Assembly (NCBI GenBank): GCA_040954595.2 | Contig: CM082580.2 | Location: 4,454,783-4,518,782 of the forward strand | Length of the DNA stretch: 64,000 nt | Source of the DNA: Balanoglossus misakiensis | Taxonomy: Eukaryota; Animalia; Hemichordata | Direction of reading: 5' to 3' | Shown here: piece by piece, positions 39,001 through 51,870 of the stretch | Layout of the letters: each line of letters starts with the position of its first letter | Numbering within the stretch: position 1 is the first letter of the stretch | Made by a program: the position numbers and the translations under genes | Notes under the pieces: generated by a model | Databases searched by the model: none | What the model was told of the DNA's origin: nothing | The model's input: the letters and a program-made list of their open reading frames with translations, nothing else

Positions 39001-42000
39001 ATGGATAATTATCGCGTCAAAAGGTTCATTCATTCATCTGGAGTTCGACTCTTTTGATGTGCCTGGCAGGGAATCCGAAGACCAACTTAGATGTTCAAGC
39101 TATGTGGCCCTGTATAATGACACGGAGCCCGATGAACGAAAACTAATGGCGAAGTTCTGCGGTTCAAACCCTCCATTATTTTCTTCGGTGTCAAATTTCA
39201 TTACTGTGACATTCTCTTCTGACGGTGGCATAACTGGTAGAGGGTTTACTGCACATTATTACACCACAGGTAAGACTTTTGCTTCAATGGTGAAGAGCAA
39301 CACTAGAATTAATCCGCTTAAATTAAACAGAAAACCCGTGCAGTATATTCTGATAAATCTTTGACTAACACACAAGGAACTAACTTTGAGTTTGTTACAC
39401 AATTCTCTCTATTATAAAGGTAAATTATTAGCCACAAGTAGTTATTGATTAGTTTAGCTTTATTCAACGCGTTTTCAACAGGTAAATGTTTTGACATATT
39501 GCGTGTCAAAGCTCAATTCACCCTTGCGCTCATAGTCAATTATACAAGCCTAGGACATCTTTAAATACCCAAAGATAAAAGTAGTACAACTAATGTGAAT
39601 ATCCAAGTGACAATACCTGTCCTTGACATAAATATATACACTCTAAGTGTTCTATTAAGTATACGTATATACAAAGTATAACAAGTTTGCTTTAAAGGTA
39701 ACAACCAATACCTTTAATGATCTACATGTAAATGAACAATGAAAGTAATGGTTTAATTTGCAACAGGTGTCCTATGCGAGTTATAGACCTGACGAGTGTC
39801 ACCATTTGATCACTGTAACACGTCATGGTTTAAGAAATGGGTACGTTTACCTTCATCAAAATCCCTGCGTGTGGACACATACATGTAGCGCCCACGTTAG
39901 GTTACTAGTTTATCCAAATGTTGCTTATTTACAGATTGTCCAGGTCATGGGATGGGATTTTCGACATGTGATAACCACCTCGTTCTAGATAGCAAATGTG
40001 GATACTTCCAATCGATCGGATACCCTAACCCTAACCCACCTGATTCCCAGTGCAGTTGGACTATTCGGGTCTCAGAGCGTGAAGTGATCGAGATAACATT
40101 CCTGCACTTCAGAGTTGGTCACAGTTTCGACCAAAATTGTGTTAATAATTACCTGAAGGTTTACAATTCTGAAACTCCATCTGAAGCATTCCTTTACGGC
40201 ACCTTCTGTGAAAACAAACATCCGGGCCACATTATATCGACAGGCTCCGTCATGTACCTGGAGTTTGCCGGGTTAGAATCTGGAGATGGCTCAGGCTTCC
40301 TTGCAAAGTATATCGCTGTGCCTTACAATAGGAACATACGCATTAACATGACTCTAAATGCAGGTAAGTACATATTTACAGTACTGGTATATTGTAAAAA
40401 TGAGACATTATGCAAAGCGTTCATGTCAGTATATTGGAAAACAGCAAATTGCCAACATTTTGTTCTCGTCATTGTTGAAGCTTGTAGAGGAATTGGGAGT
40501 GAAAGAATAAAGACTCTACAACCATAAATCTTCAATGTCCTTCTATACAGAGTACATATGTCCGGAAGGAAGATGGGACGGGTTCCGCAGAGATTGCTAC
40601 AAGTTCCACTCAGGGAGAGACACGTTGACATGGATCGAGGCTGAAAGAAGGTGTGCCGCAGAGGACGCTCACCTGGTTAGCATATTGGATTCAGACGAAT
40701 CCGAATTCATCACCCACGCATTAGCCAGAATGTGGTGGCGTGGTGACACCACTTTCTACATAGGTATACAATACACTTTTTAGACCTAATATATTATCAT
40801 TCATGCTGTATTTAATGGCTTCATTTGTTTGTTACTGGAACACTGGCTTTTACACTGAATTTAAATTTTATCTACATAGGTTTACAGCTCCACGCAGAAG
40901 AAAACATTCATCGATGGATTGATGGGAATCCGATGAGTTACACCGACTGGTATGTTTCTAAAACATATGTTTATTGAGGATGGGTGGATGGCTCACTAAA
41001 TTGACTAACTAACACATTTACAGTAATATGTGCGACTGGCTTAGTATCAAGACTTGTTTGCAGTCGTGAGCAAAGGGAGCTACAATTGGGCGCACCCAAA
41101 TCTTTCCACTGACAGTAGCCTCACTTAGATACAATTGACCAAACACCAACATGAACTAATATAACGTCAATGAAATTTGTGAAGAAATCTTCAAGCAGAA
41201 CAGTGACACCGATCGCCAATGTGACTATAGAAATTGTGTCTGCCAATGTCTTACCTTTCTAAAAGATGTCCAAATGATTTGTATTTGCAGGGCGAGAGGG
41301 GGAACACAGAACGAAAATGACCAGCCTGATGGTTCCAGATTTGAACTGTGCACTGTTATCATTATGTCAAACGTACACCACACAAAACACTGGCATGACA
41401 TACAATGTGCCGTGGATTATGTAAAACAGTTCGCCTGTAAACAGCCAGCAATGTACATAGGCGATCGAAAAGATGACAAGTATGATGGGGTCGTCCAGTT
41501 CGGTAAGTGCAGTGGTTTTGAAATGGTTCATCATTTTAAATTACATTAACCTAGGCATTTGTATTTAAGTACACACATTACATGATATAAAGTGCGATAG
41601 GTTGTGGTGTCTAAGACCATACATTATACATGACAACCAATAGTCCGAGTATGTGTACAGTTTTCAATCTTGCACAAAATAATAATAATGACTGCATTCA
41701 TGTTCTAGGGTGTGAAGATTTATCTTGGGGAAACTACGGAGACTTCTGTTTTAAACCAGTACTTGCAAACAGTGAAGACCTCTGTACCATTAACAGAATG
41801 CAGTCATTCCCACACCTTTCCTCGCAAATAGATATCGCATTGCTCACATATTATCTAAGTCACATATGGGACATCAGAACAGATGGATTTGTGTTGCTAC
41901 AGAGGAACATCACGTATGACATTACTGACGACATTACATGGTCCGATGCATGTGGGCATTTGTTAACTTGTGAGATCAGACAGGGGAATACGTCTTGGTC

Positions 42001-45000
42001 ATCGAATGCCACTGATTTTGAAACATGTCTGGTTATTGGAGCACCAAATTGGAGCTTGAGTTACCAAAACTGCAGTAGTCCTATGATTGAATATGACCTT
42101 TGCCGAAGCCAAGCATTGGGTAAGATGTGTACTAAATGTTAACAGAGATAGTCATCAGGAATATATTGAACATGTAATGCTCATTCAGCAATGTTGGAAT
42201 AATTTGAGCACATAATTATGAGAATAATCATGCAAGGACAAAAAATCCTGGTTGGTAATGAACAATCGCTGAATTGTTGAATATTGGTATTTTTTTATAT
42301 TTTAAAAAGTGCATTTTGCTGTTAAACATTGTGTGTAACTTTATGTACACATATATCATCTTCTTAGGAATACAAATGGAGTGTGGTAACAATAACTTCA
42401 GATGTAATGATAGTGTGTGCATCCACGAGGTGTATTTATGTGATGGCACTTTGGACTGTTTTGATGGATCTGATGAAGACAACTGTGGTAAGTTACACTC
42501 TGGCTGACTCTTCAACAATTCCGAATTTATGTGATACTTTGACATGAGATCATGCCACTTTGCAAAAACACAGCAAATTCTCAAATAATTGCAACAAACT
42601 AAGTGTGCCATAACGTCTCGTTTGTTTGTTTGTTTTTTCTTTCAGAAATGAGTGGAATTTGTCCGATCAACACCTTTGAGTGTTCCAATGGAAACTGCGT
42701 CTCAATGACCTTCTATTGTGACTTCATTGACCACTGTGGTGATAACAGTGACGAGGAATATTGCGGTAGTTATCATAAAATTCTACACTTGCTATTTCTG
42801 CTTAAGCTCGCATATGCAAATTCAAACTTGAAATAAACCAATCAACTGAGCCTTTTTTATATTTAAAGACATAAATAAGTTAAAGAGTGAACAATTATTG
42901 CTAAGTTGCATATTTTCATACATTTGTCAGAACATGGAAGTTCAATTAGGGTCAGATCTCCCAAAATTTACGACTTGGACTATAGAAATACTGTCATCAT
43001 ATCCCAGTCTCAGTAACGACCAACAACATTACTTTTATAATTTACAACCTTCCTACCTTCCTTCATTGATCTTTATTATTTATGGGAAGTGTTCTCCATC
43101 AGAACTAAACTGTCATTGTCATTATGCTCTATTTGTAGTTTATCCAAACTGTACGTCGGACGAATTCATGTGCGATAACGGACAGTGTGTTAGTCAGAAC
43201 AAGCGGTGTGACTTACTTCCGGATTGTCTCGATGGTTCTGATGAAAAAGAATGCGGTAAGGCTTATTCTATAAAAAGCGTTTTATGATCTACTGTCCATG
43301 CCACACTTTCTCTCACCATTGACCCTGTTCCATTAGATTTTCTTCTTTGCTTACTGAACAGTTGGATTATACCATAGTGTATGTTATTAACTTGCAAAAC
43401 CATACCATTTTTTTGTTCACTTGTTGACCAAAGATCTGTTGCTGTCACTCACTGTGAATTCCATTGTTCCATCTGTATGTAAGAACTAAACCAATATGCC
43501 AGTTATGAATATGTGCAAATTTCAGAACAAGTAAATGTACAGTCACATAATGTATTACATGTTCTAAATGGACAAATGCATCTAATAGTGGTTCATGAAA
43601 TAATTACATATATCTGCCAAGTCTATTATAGCTGTCTTGTAATATTTTTTCAAACAACACATTGGACAAAAAACCGTTTAGTGGGTTATCTGCTTTGGGC
43701 GACAAAGTCAGGCTGATTTTAAGCACTAATGATATGTGCAAACTTGTTCTTCAAACAGGTGTTTGTAATGGCTTTCAGTGTTACTATGGCGTGTGTTTAC
43801 CGAGCAACGCATACTGTGATGGAATGAAGGACTGTGTTGGCAACGAGCGTGAAGATGAAGTTGGGTGTAATCCCACAGTTGAGGATGTGACCGAGGATGG
43901 CGCTCTTTCCAGTAGACTGCGGAATTATCCGGAATGTCGTGTTGGTGAATTTGAATGTGAAAATGGTCATTGCATTAACCGAACACTGATGTGTATTTAC
44001 GACTTTGACCTGTTCGGATACCAAATCGGATGCCGTGATGTCTCTCATCTCGTTCATTGTGGTATGTGTCTTATAAATGTTTTCTACTATTACACCCCTA
44101 GAGAAACACCTTTTTGTAATATACGTTACAAAATTATGAATTATTTCACTTGAAAGAAAAGATGGTGCCATTAGAAAATGCATTTCCAACAAAACCATTG
44201 GAAAAGATATGAAACAGTCAGTAGTGATTCTAGTCAATCATGTGAAATGTCGGACACCATGCGGTGAAATACTGTCACAGTAGTACCTGCATAAAATGCA
44301 GAATGACCTATGAATGGAATGATAAAAACCCTGCTTTGATTGCAGGATGTTAGATTTTGCCTCATGAATATGATTGATATAATTTCTCACAGACCAGTTC
44401 ACCTGTCCGGGAGGTATGTTCAAATGTCCCGAATCTTACTGCATACCGTTACATCGACGGTGCAATGGAATTCCAGATTGTCCAAATGAACATGATGAAG
44501 ATGATTGTGGTGAGTGCTTTACGTTAAAAGCAGGTGGTGCGAGTTCTGTCCATATCGTTTGTGATGAGATTTGTATGACTTAATTCATTTGATGCAAACT
44601 GTTAATGACAGGCGGCAAGATACACTATTAGTAGTTTGTTCTTTTCCATCTTGGCAGATTCTTACACCTGCCCTGGCTACTTCCACTGCCACGATTCAAG
44701 ACAATGCATACCGCTGACACAGAGGTGTGATGGGATAAAACAGTGTAAAGATGGAGATGATGAGATCGACTGCGGTAATTGTAAACATTACATTATGGGG
44801 CCTAGTCGTGCATATGTATAACAAAGAGCCTTTAAACTGGCTAAAGTTTACAGATAAATGGTCACCTGTGCAGAATTAGTCAGTTTTCATGACAAGATGG
44901 CGTCTACCCATGCAATGCCTTACTATTAATTTGGATAGGCACGTACACCTAAATAGGGCCCCACAACATGGTCATTCAAGGACTTTGATATGCTATGTTA

Positions 45001-48000
45001 ACCATATGTGAATATATGTAAATTACAGGTGACCGTATACACTAGACCCAAGACAGGTGGAGTTACATATGTTCCATCTAAATACATATGTGGGGAGTCC
45101 AATCCAAAACTTTAGATTCTTAGCATAAGCTTTTTCTTATTTGCAGGTGGCAGTTGCCCTCTAGGGTGTCGTTGTTATGGACATGTTGTCTTCTGTGAAA
45201 ACAGTCTCATGGAAGAGTTACCACCAACTTTAGGGAATGTGAGAAAATTGTAAGTTCATTTTCTCTTCGGTTATCGACAAAGATGGCGTATTGTATTTGC
45301 TATTTGATTTATAACATAACTTAGACTTGTGCGAAATTTAATAAATTTCCCATGTACATTGAACTGTTATTTTAATTTGATTGGTAACCGTCTGTCCGTT
45401 ATCGAATGTATTCATGATATCTTCATACGTGTTCTTACTACCGCCATTACAGAAACTTTACTGGAAACAACCTCAAAATATCTTACGTGGTCTTCAATCA
45501 TTTTCCATTTATGGCTGAATTGTAAGTAGCATTAAATTCCTGATACTAACATCACAAATGTACGCTACTTTAAGTTGTTACATGTACGGTACAGGGATCT
45601 ATAGTATTGGATGTTTACTCAGCTGACAAAATTTGACACCTACCCTTTTACGTACCAGTAGCAAACACTTTATGGTACTACTCAGCTATGATTTTGTCAC
45701 CGATTTTTTTTCACACAGTGATTTGTCTAACAATTCCATAGATGACATTCCTGCCGTAACTTTTCGTCATCTTAGCAACCTGCAGATTTTGTAAGTATGA
45801 CTTTATCACAAAACTACGCTTATACAAAACAAGTTTTGTAAAATGATGCTCGATATTTGTATGTGATTTAAAATCAGTTGCTTTTCTTTTTAAGGCATTT
45901 CATGATATGATATACTGAGCTATTGTCCATACAGGTATTTGTCTTCCCTGCACTTATTGGAAGAAACTCCAAGACCAGCAATAACAGTAGGGGCCCCTTG
46001 GCCTATATTGTTGGAGTTTTATTTCTTGATACCAAACTACTGCACCTGCACTTCTCAAAGTTGCCACAGTTCTCTAACTCCACTGCATAGTGAGGTTTCG
46101 TGTGATATTATTTGTGGGCTTTCGAGAATCCCAATGATGGAAGCTCTAGATTTCCACTCATAAGTGGTTGCAGGCTCCAGTGACCAGTCTCCCCCATTTC
46201 TCAAACTGACCCAGACCTGCTTTTCCTAATCTAAGCATAAAATGGCTATTCCGCATGCCCTTTGCACATCTCGACGCTGCTTTGAACTGTTATCTCTTAT
46301 TGCTTCTTGTTTTCAATGTCATAGGAATCTTAATGGAAATAAACTAAGGCAACTTTATAGACACACATTTCTTGGATTGCAGCGGCTAAAGAAACTGTAA
46401 GTTATGACAATTTCCCATGCAATATATATGTGTAATGGGCGTTAATCATGTGTTTCGAATGACATAACATTTTAGTCTATAATATAATATAAATTTGGTC
46501 TCAGTACCACTATCCTCGATATCATGTGTTAATACGTCTTTATTAAATCTTCTTGGTTGTAAGATGTCTTACCCAGGTGTTTGTACTTTTTTCTCGCAGT
46601 TACCTTTCAGGAAATGCCATCAGTAAGATACTTGAGGGTGCATTTGAAGGACTGAAAAACCTGCAGGAGTTGTAAGTATGCAAGTTTGTTATCGTAATAA
46701 AGTGACTCTATTCTATACAGAATAATAAAGTAGCTGCAGCAAGCCCCAAAGTATTACAGGGCAATGCTTAAATACTTACTTAGATTGCATTAAAGTCTTA
46801 AGAAATCAGTGGGATCAATTAAATATGGATAGTAAGGAATTTAGCTCAATTCTAACATTTGTTTTCTTTCAAAGAAAAAAAACGGAAAAGTATAAGAAAG
46901 CGAGTCGGATAATCCGAATTCCCAAAATCTGCACCCTGCCCTAACTTTCAGGGTTGTATATTTTATAAGAAAAATAGGCCAATTTTGATTAGATAAATGA
47001 AAGTAGGCATACATGAACATGCATGTACATTGAAATGAGATGGGCCCTGGCACATTGTTTTATGGCACTTGACCTGTTGTGAAAAAACTTGTCTTCTTAA
47101 ATCATCGTTATACATTTGCTGACATATCACATCACATAATACAATAATAATAACATTATTTATAATTTTAGAGTAATACTCAAGACTGGTTAGTGAAATT
47201 GCCAAGAAATACAATGCAAACAATTGGAATAAACCTGTCCTCAAAAGAGCAAAGGCATCAAATATATTCTACGACCTTCATGAAAGCATAACAAAACTGT
47301 GTATATTTTTTCTTGTAGAGATTTGACTGGCAATAGCTTTGCCGTTGATAGTGATGTACTGTTTCGTCCACTGAATAGTTTGCAGAAAATGTAAGTTTGA
47401 CTAAAAATATTTCAAAGACTGTATATATTTCAACTTGAACACAAAGAATGCAAAATATACTGTTGAATATATTTAGATCATTTTTCTCAATAAAATAAAC
47501 AACAGAATGTGTTGGTGCGAAAGTAAAGACGTCACAACCCATTCTTAATGTTGGTATGCTTGTGGATTGTCCTTTCTTCAATCAATATGATCTAATACGG
47601 TACAACACGTTTTCGACAAGGGTTCCCCTTTATTTGAAACATCCTACTGAATAAGTGGGAAGCTTTCCATATCAAACAAAATGTCACAAAAGAGAGATTT
47701 TGTTCATTTAACATTATTCATCATTCGAAAGTCTCATGGTGACAGTAAGTTAACATAAATGGGTAGTTGTCGTTGTTAACATATGTTTCTTCTACCTCAA
47801 CAGATTCACCGATGCTTTTATGTATTGTTGTATGGTCAGATCGTATCATCAAGTTGAGATCTGTACACCACCTGGTGATGCATTCTCGTCCTGTGAAGAT
47901 CTTATGGCTCACAATGTTCTGCGGGTTTTTATTTGGATTCTTGGCACGTTTGCTCTTACCGGCAACGCATTTGTCATCTTCTGGCGGATGAAACAGAAAG

Positions 48001-49641
48001 ATTTGAATAATATACCTACTTTCTTGATTTGGAATTTGGCTATTTCCGATTTCCTGATGGGTCTATACTTGATTGTAATAGCCTCAACGGATATGTACTA
48101 CCGTGGGGTCTATGTAAGATTCGATGAAACATGGCGCAATTCGCGTCTGTGTCATTTTGCTGGTTTCCTAGCGACCCTTTCTAGTGAAGCTTCCGTCTTC
48201 GTTTTAACCTTAATAACAGTGGAGAGGTTTCTTAAGATTGTCTTTCCACTCCGGTTCATGGTCATCAAGTTCAAATATGCTGCTGTGCTGACGGTGTTTG
48301 TATGGATTGTCTGTCTGGTCGTCAGCTTGTTACCACTGTTTAATATAATCTCATACTTTGGTGACAACTACTATGGTCGGTCCCCTGTCTGTCTCTCCTT
48401 ACATTTGACAAACGAGCAAACACCTGGCTGGGAATACTCAGTCACACTTTTGTTCCTGAATTTCGTTTCCTTTGTGGTTATTTCTGTTTGCTATTTGGTG
48501 ATGTATGTCGTCATTGAGCGTACTGAGTCGGCCACTGGCGCCCAGTCCCGCCACAAAGCTAAGGAAGCATCCATTGCCAAGCGAATGACGTTGATTGTGT
48601 TGACTGATTTCTGTTGTTGGGTGCCGATCACGGTTATGGGAATGTTGGCTCTCTCAAACACAGTCACAATTCCGGGCGTTGTCTATGCGTGGACAGCAGT
48701 ATTCATCCTCCCCGTCAACTCAGCTGCAAACCCTGTACTGTACACGATATCGGTTATCAACTCCAACAGGAAAGCCAAGGCAGAAAAGAATCTGAAATCC
48801 AGAGAGACTTTCTCACAGCGAACTGATCCAACGGGTAAAACTAAAACAATGTTTGTCTTTACGTCTGCCTTTCAGTCTGCCAGATATTGCATTTCATTGT
48901 TCATTGCAAGAAATTTCAACTGTACTGATTTTCAATTGTGTGACAGTTTCGTAAAAAAGGGCTATTTTGATATGGTATCAGGCAATATAATTTAATTTAT
49001 ACAATAAAAAGCATTTTTGAGATTATTGGTGATATAAACAGTTTAACAAATTTTATTTAGTTGTAGTTCATTGGCCTTTAAGAATAGAAACACATACCGG
49101 TAGCATTCAAACATATGCTGAAATAACATGATTTCCTTCCCTTTTTGTAGTATTGTTCTTTCAGAACCAGTTACCGAAGAGTCACACGATTCCATTGCTA
49201 GCTTTGAACTATGTGCCTCTGTTGAATCATATCAAAACATCTCCCAAGGATTTGCGGATCAAAGATGTCTATGTTGTCGCCAGTGACATCGCCGCTGCAC
49301 TGAATTTCCTCCATAGCAGGGGTATCTTGCACAACAATGTACGAGAAGAAAATATCCTGGTAACAATGCATGATGATGTAAGTTATACAATAGGTTAAGT
49401 GAAACACTGAGGATATTCACATTTCTTCATATTTGAATGTTCAAATTATCAATAAACAGGAGCACAGAGTCCTTGAATCTTATTTGATTGTGTTTTTTCA
49501 CAGAACACCATCAACCAAGCTTTCCTGTCTGATGTCAGCAAATCAAAGATTATGGAGAAGGTAGGCGAAAAATTAGCCTACAGTAAAGACATAACAGCTT
49601 ATGGAAGACTGATGTCTCGACTTATTGATTGTGTGAAGTAA
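27013..49641 (+). CDS. GRL101-like multi-lectin LDLa-LRR GPCR, copy 2 (apparently complete, about 41 exons, about 2,450 aa)
   Basis: ATG at 27013 opens a hydrophobic signal-like exon ([28 protein letters not shown], 27013-27096). It is followed by EGF-like 27533-27653, cbEGF 27916-28038, four LDLa exons (28541-30343) and an F-type lectin (30927-31739). The remaining exons are collinear with copy 1. The 7TM exon is 47804-48834, tail exons are 49151-49377 and 49504-49641, and the stop is TAA. Confidence 0.88.
28065..28148. repeat. (TTAA)n microsatellite
   Basis: ttaattaattaatt run in an intron. Confidence 0.85.
30927..31739 (+). other. F-type (fucolectin) lectin domain, two exons of GPCR copy 2
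   Basis: [33 protein letters not shown]|[17 protein letters not shown]. The spliced sequence gives an exact H-x26-R-x-D-x4-R fucose-binding motif. Confidence 0.9.
31260..31288 (+). repeat. (CAG)/(CAA)n microsatellite
   Basis: cagcagcagcaacaacaacaacaacaaca in the intron that splits the F-type lectin. Confidence 0.85.
32849..33070. mobile_element. Truncated half-copy of the TTAA MITE family (paralog of 914-1125)
   Basis: Same left arm as 33603-33760. Confidence 0.7.
33603..33948. mobile_element. TTAA-flanked palindromic MITE (Kolobok-type), specific to copy 2
   Basis: TTAA-agggacaaagtctctc ... gagagactttgtccct-TTAA, with inverted similarity along almost the whole length. The empty site is in copy 1 at about 1645. 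Confidence 0.85.
35390..36269 (-). mobile_element. 5'-truncated non-LTR retrotransposon (RTE-X/L2-like 3' end), specific to copy 2
   Basis: ORF with [17 protein letters not shown] and a [14 protein letters not shown] zinc knuckle. 12-bp TSD aacaacaaagga (35378-35389 and 36270-36281); AATAAA/TTAT tail; empty site in copy 1 at about 3065; internal 68-bp tandem duplication at 36011-36146. Confidence 0.88.
47804..48834 (+). other. Hinge + 7TM exon of GPCR copy 2
   Basis: Same as copy 1 with four amino-acid differences, including DRF to ERF. Confidence 0.95.
49151..49641 (+). other. Degenerate protein-kinase C-lobe fragment in the cytoplasmic tail of copy 2
   Basis: Same motifs as copy 1; the stop is 13 codons earlier. 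Confidence 0.75.
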
Positions 49642-49734
49642 AATCAGAAATGGGACAAGGAGATGTTGAAATTTATTTAAGGGAATATTCAATCGCATCT
49701 CACGGTCATAGATTTTGTTTCCTTCTTCAAATTC

Positions 49735-50840
49735 GAGTGTTACTTTTTAAGTGTATTATCATCATATGCTGAATGTCGCCTTGAAAGAATTTTTAAACAA
49801 AATTTGTTATGTAGCACTTGGGCATACTTCTTGTATTTATCATTCAAATATTGAAACCTATGAGTAGCTCTTCTTTAGAATATATAATTTATATTAATAA
49901 TAATACAAACAGGTTTGATTCTTAATTTTACTTTTTAAGTGTATAATTGTCATATGCTGAACATCGCCTCGAAAGAATTTTAACAAAATTTGTTATGTAG
50001 CACCTAGCCATACCTTTCATATATTGAAACGTATATGTGTATCTCTTTTTTAGAATATATTACTAATATTAATAACAATACAAACGTGTTTGATTGTTAA
50101 TTTTACTTTTGAAGTGTATAATCCTCATATGCTGAACATCGTCTCGAATTTTTTTAAACAAAACTTGTAATGTAGCACTTTTTAATATTAATACATATGT
50201 GTGTATGTGTATCTCTTCTTTAGAATATTTAACTAATATTAATAATAATACAAACAGGTTTGATTCTTAATTTTACTTTTTAAGTGTATAATTGTTATAT
50301 GCTGAACATCGCCTCGAAAGAATTTTAACAAAATTTGTTATGTAGCACCTAGCCATACCTTTCATATATTGAAACGTATATGTGTATCTCTTTTTTAGAA
50401 TATATTACTAATATTAATAACAATACAAACATGTTTGATTGTTAATTTTACTTTTTAAGTGTATAATCCTCATATGCTGAACATCGTCTCGAAATCTTTT
50501 TAACAAAATTTGTAATGTAGCACATTTTAATATTAATATATACGTGTGTATGTGTATCTCTTCTTTAGAATATTTAACTAATATTAATAATAATACAAAC
50601 GGGTTTGATTCTTAATTTTACTTTTTAAGTGTATAATTGTTATATGCTGAACATCGCCTAGAAAGAACTTTAACAAAATTTGTAATGTAGCACTTTGGCA
50701 TACTTCCTATATTTATCTTTCAAATATTAAAATATATGTGTGTATGTGTATCTCTTTAGAATATATAATTAATAATCGTAATATGCTTAATGTCATCTTG
50801 ATTGAATTTTAACAATATATTTGTTATGTGGCACTTCATT
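49735..50840 (+). repeat. AT-rich tandem repeat downstream of the copy 2 stop, about 7 units of about 175 bp with dimeric higher-order structure
   Basis: atatgctgaa recurs at about 49764, 49951, 50126, 50297, 50471, 50642 and 50781. 49951-50296 nearly equals 50297-50641. Confidence 0.85.
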
Positions 50841-51419
50841 AGAGTATATAATAAATATTAATAATAATAAAAATAAGTTGGATTACAACAAGAAAATCAC
50901 ACTTATAATATTTATGGTCCGGTCGTGAATAATGAACTGAATACACATTTGAAATTTGGATGTATCTTTCAAAACAAATATTAACAACAGTCTGCAGGAT
51001 GCATAATATAATACCCAGTACATGGTTTTTCATTACATTTTATTATGATAAAGAGTATTTAGTGAGGTATACTATACTATACAATATTATATGATGCGCT
51101 AAAATACAAAACATATGGCTAAGATCATAGAATTACAAAGAGCAAATCATTTGTCAGCGAGATTAATCAGATATCATGATTTCCACAAATTATGCTTTCC
51201 TGACTATGATACTTATACCGGGTATAACCTATATCTACATTGTACTTAACTAAAATAAATTACTCGTTATATCAGTGAATTTGTCTCGCATCAGTTATTT
51301 CTCTTGTATCAACTTCAAACAGTTATTCCTTGGGTGCAGTTGGTGCAAATACAAATGAATTTAATGTTTGCACCTATAATATATAACTCAGTCTAGCTTT
51401 AAACATTTATGGGTACATT

Positions 51420-51870
51420 GTCCTACAATAAACCTTTAAAATCCATAAGATTGAAAAATTCACAGAATCAATTGTTAAATATTTCTTATATTTAAAGTCT
51501 CTACAGTTTAATGCAGAATTGCTACTATGCTTACTAAGATAAAGATGTACATGTCCGTCTATGTTGACAACAGATTCCAGATGTATTATGTAACTTCTAA
51601 AATAAAAATCTTCTTAGTACAATACAATTTTAAAATCCACGAAGATTTAAACATTCTTGTATGAATTAATTGATTAATATTGTTACAGTAAAGTCTTTAC
51701 AGTTTATATCACAATTGTACAATGTCAAATGACATCATGATGTGCGTGTGAGAGTATGTTGTCTGTTTCTGTTGGCAACAGATTCCAGATTGGACTATTG
51801 AAATAATTACAATAAACCAGTAAAATTTATAAAGACTAACATAAATATTGAACTCAATTGATCAATATTT
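51420..51870. repeat. Degenerate tandem repeat of about 190 bp just 3' of the NRPS-like stop
   Basis: acaata.a...taaaat..a..aga recurs at about 51425, 51619 and 51809; tgtt(g)(a/g)caacagattccagat occurs twice. Confidence 0.55.

Larger units (their letters stand above)
31935..50930 (+). repeat. Segmental/tandem duplication unit 2 (portion matching unit 1)
   Basis: High nucleotide identity to 1-18535 including introns, interrupted by copy-specific indels. Confidence 0.95.

Noticed and set aside
45845-46275. About 430 bp present only in copy 2, as a mobile element
   Set aside because: No clear TIR, TSD or tail; it could equally be a deletion in copy 1.
49735-50840. CRISPR-like array
   Set aside because: Long degenerate tandem units without unique spacers, no cas genes, and eukaryotic context.
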